From positions 1-40,313 of IMG/VR virus record IMGVR_UViG_3300032243_000724: a stretch of 40,313 nucleotides of DNA; one strand, written 5' to 3'. This stretch comes from a virus. Its lineage: Duplodnaviria; Caudoviricetes. This document shows, one piece after another, positions 39,767 through 40,313 of the stretch. Numbering within the stretch: position 1 is the stretch's first letter; every line of letters starts with the position of its first letter. The notes under the pieces are model-generated. The model was not told the DNA's origin. It made no database searches and saw only the letters and a program-made list of their open reading frames with translations. Both the position numbers and the translations under genes were made by a program.

Positions 39767-40313
39767 AATTATTAGTTTCGACCGTGAGGCGAAAGAAAAA
39801 TTACAAAGCGGTATTGATAAAGTAAATAAAGCAGTTTCAGTTACTATGGGTCCGTTTGGACGTAACGTATTAATTGAAAAAGAGCATGGTGAAGTAGTAT
39901 CAACTAAAGATGGTGTTACAGTAGCTAAAACAATTACTTTAGAAGACCCAATTGAGAATATGGCTGCTACAGTTATTAAGCAAGCAGCTCAAAAAACAGT
40001 AGATGCAGCCGGTGATGGTACAACAACATCTACTGTGTTAGCATATGCTATTGCAGAACAAGCATTAAATGCAACAGCAAATCCTTCAACTAACGCAACT
40101 CAAATTAAGCGTGGTATTGAAGCCGCTATTAAAGAAGTAGTAGCTGAATTAAAATCAATGTCAGTAGACATTACAGGTGAAGAACAAATTAAGCAAGTAG
40201 CAACATTATCAGCTAATGGCGACACTGAAATAGGTGAATTAGTAGCTACAGCATTAGAGAAAGTAGGTAGAGATGGGGTAGTAACAGTAGAGGAATCTCG
40301 TTCAGGTGAAACA
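39759..40313 (+). CDS. groEL: Chaperonin GroEL (3'-truncated; absent from the ORF track)
   Basis: Translated by hand: MSKIISFDREAKEKLQSGIDK...VTMGPFGRNVLIEK...TKDGVTVAK...AGDGTTTSTVLA...VGRDGVVTVEES. Confidence 0.96.
   Translation, partial: MSKIISFDREAKEKLQSGIDKVNKAVSVTMGPFGRNVLIEKEHGEVVSTKDGVTVAKTITLEDPIENMAATVIKQAAQKTVDAAGDGTTTSTVLAYAIAEQALNATANPSTNATQIKRGIEAAIKEVVAELKSMSVDITGEEQIKQVATLSANGDTEIGELVATALEKVGRDGVVTVEESRSGET

Overview
A 40.3 kb AT-rich segment of a large lytic myovirus with a T4-like replication toolkit. Every credible gene is on the + strand and reads in the standard genetic code. The host is inferred to be Bacteroidota: several upstream regions carry TTTG-N20-TAnnTT(T/C)A promoter-like elements, and leaders are A-rich without Shine-Dalgarno sequences. 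Layout: (1) 1-6.6 kb, an array of paralogous tail-fibre genes (three with S74 chaperone domains) plus a LamG adhesin. (2) 8-20 kb, contractile tail: sheath, tube, a tail chaperone with a candidate +1/-2 frameshift on a T7 run, tape measure, baseplate, and a hub with lysozyme domain. (3) 20-28.5 kb, replication and nucleotide genes: a divergent PolA-like protein, SSB, UvsX, 5'-3' exonuclease, helicase, thioredoxin and class II RNR. (4) 29-37.6 kb, a 7-deazaguanine DNA-modification cluster (queD, dpdA-like, queC, queE, folE) with atypical QueC and QueE and several unknown small genes, followed by iscU/iscA, a dCTP deaminase/dUTPase and PolB. (5) 38-40.3 kb, a sliding clamp and an Hsp20-GroES-GroEL cluster. 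The Hsp20 has an N-terminal tail-fibre-like repeat, and its gene is bracketed by a 16-bp long-range inverted repeat. I saw no tRNA, CRISPR array or transposon. All product calls come from reading motifs by eye; no database searches were run.
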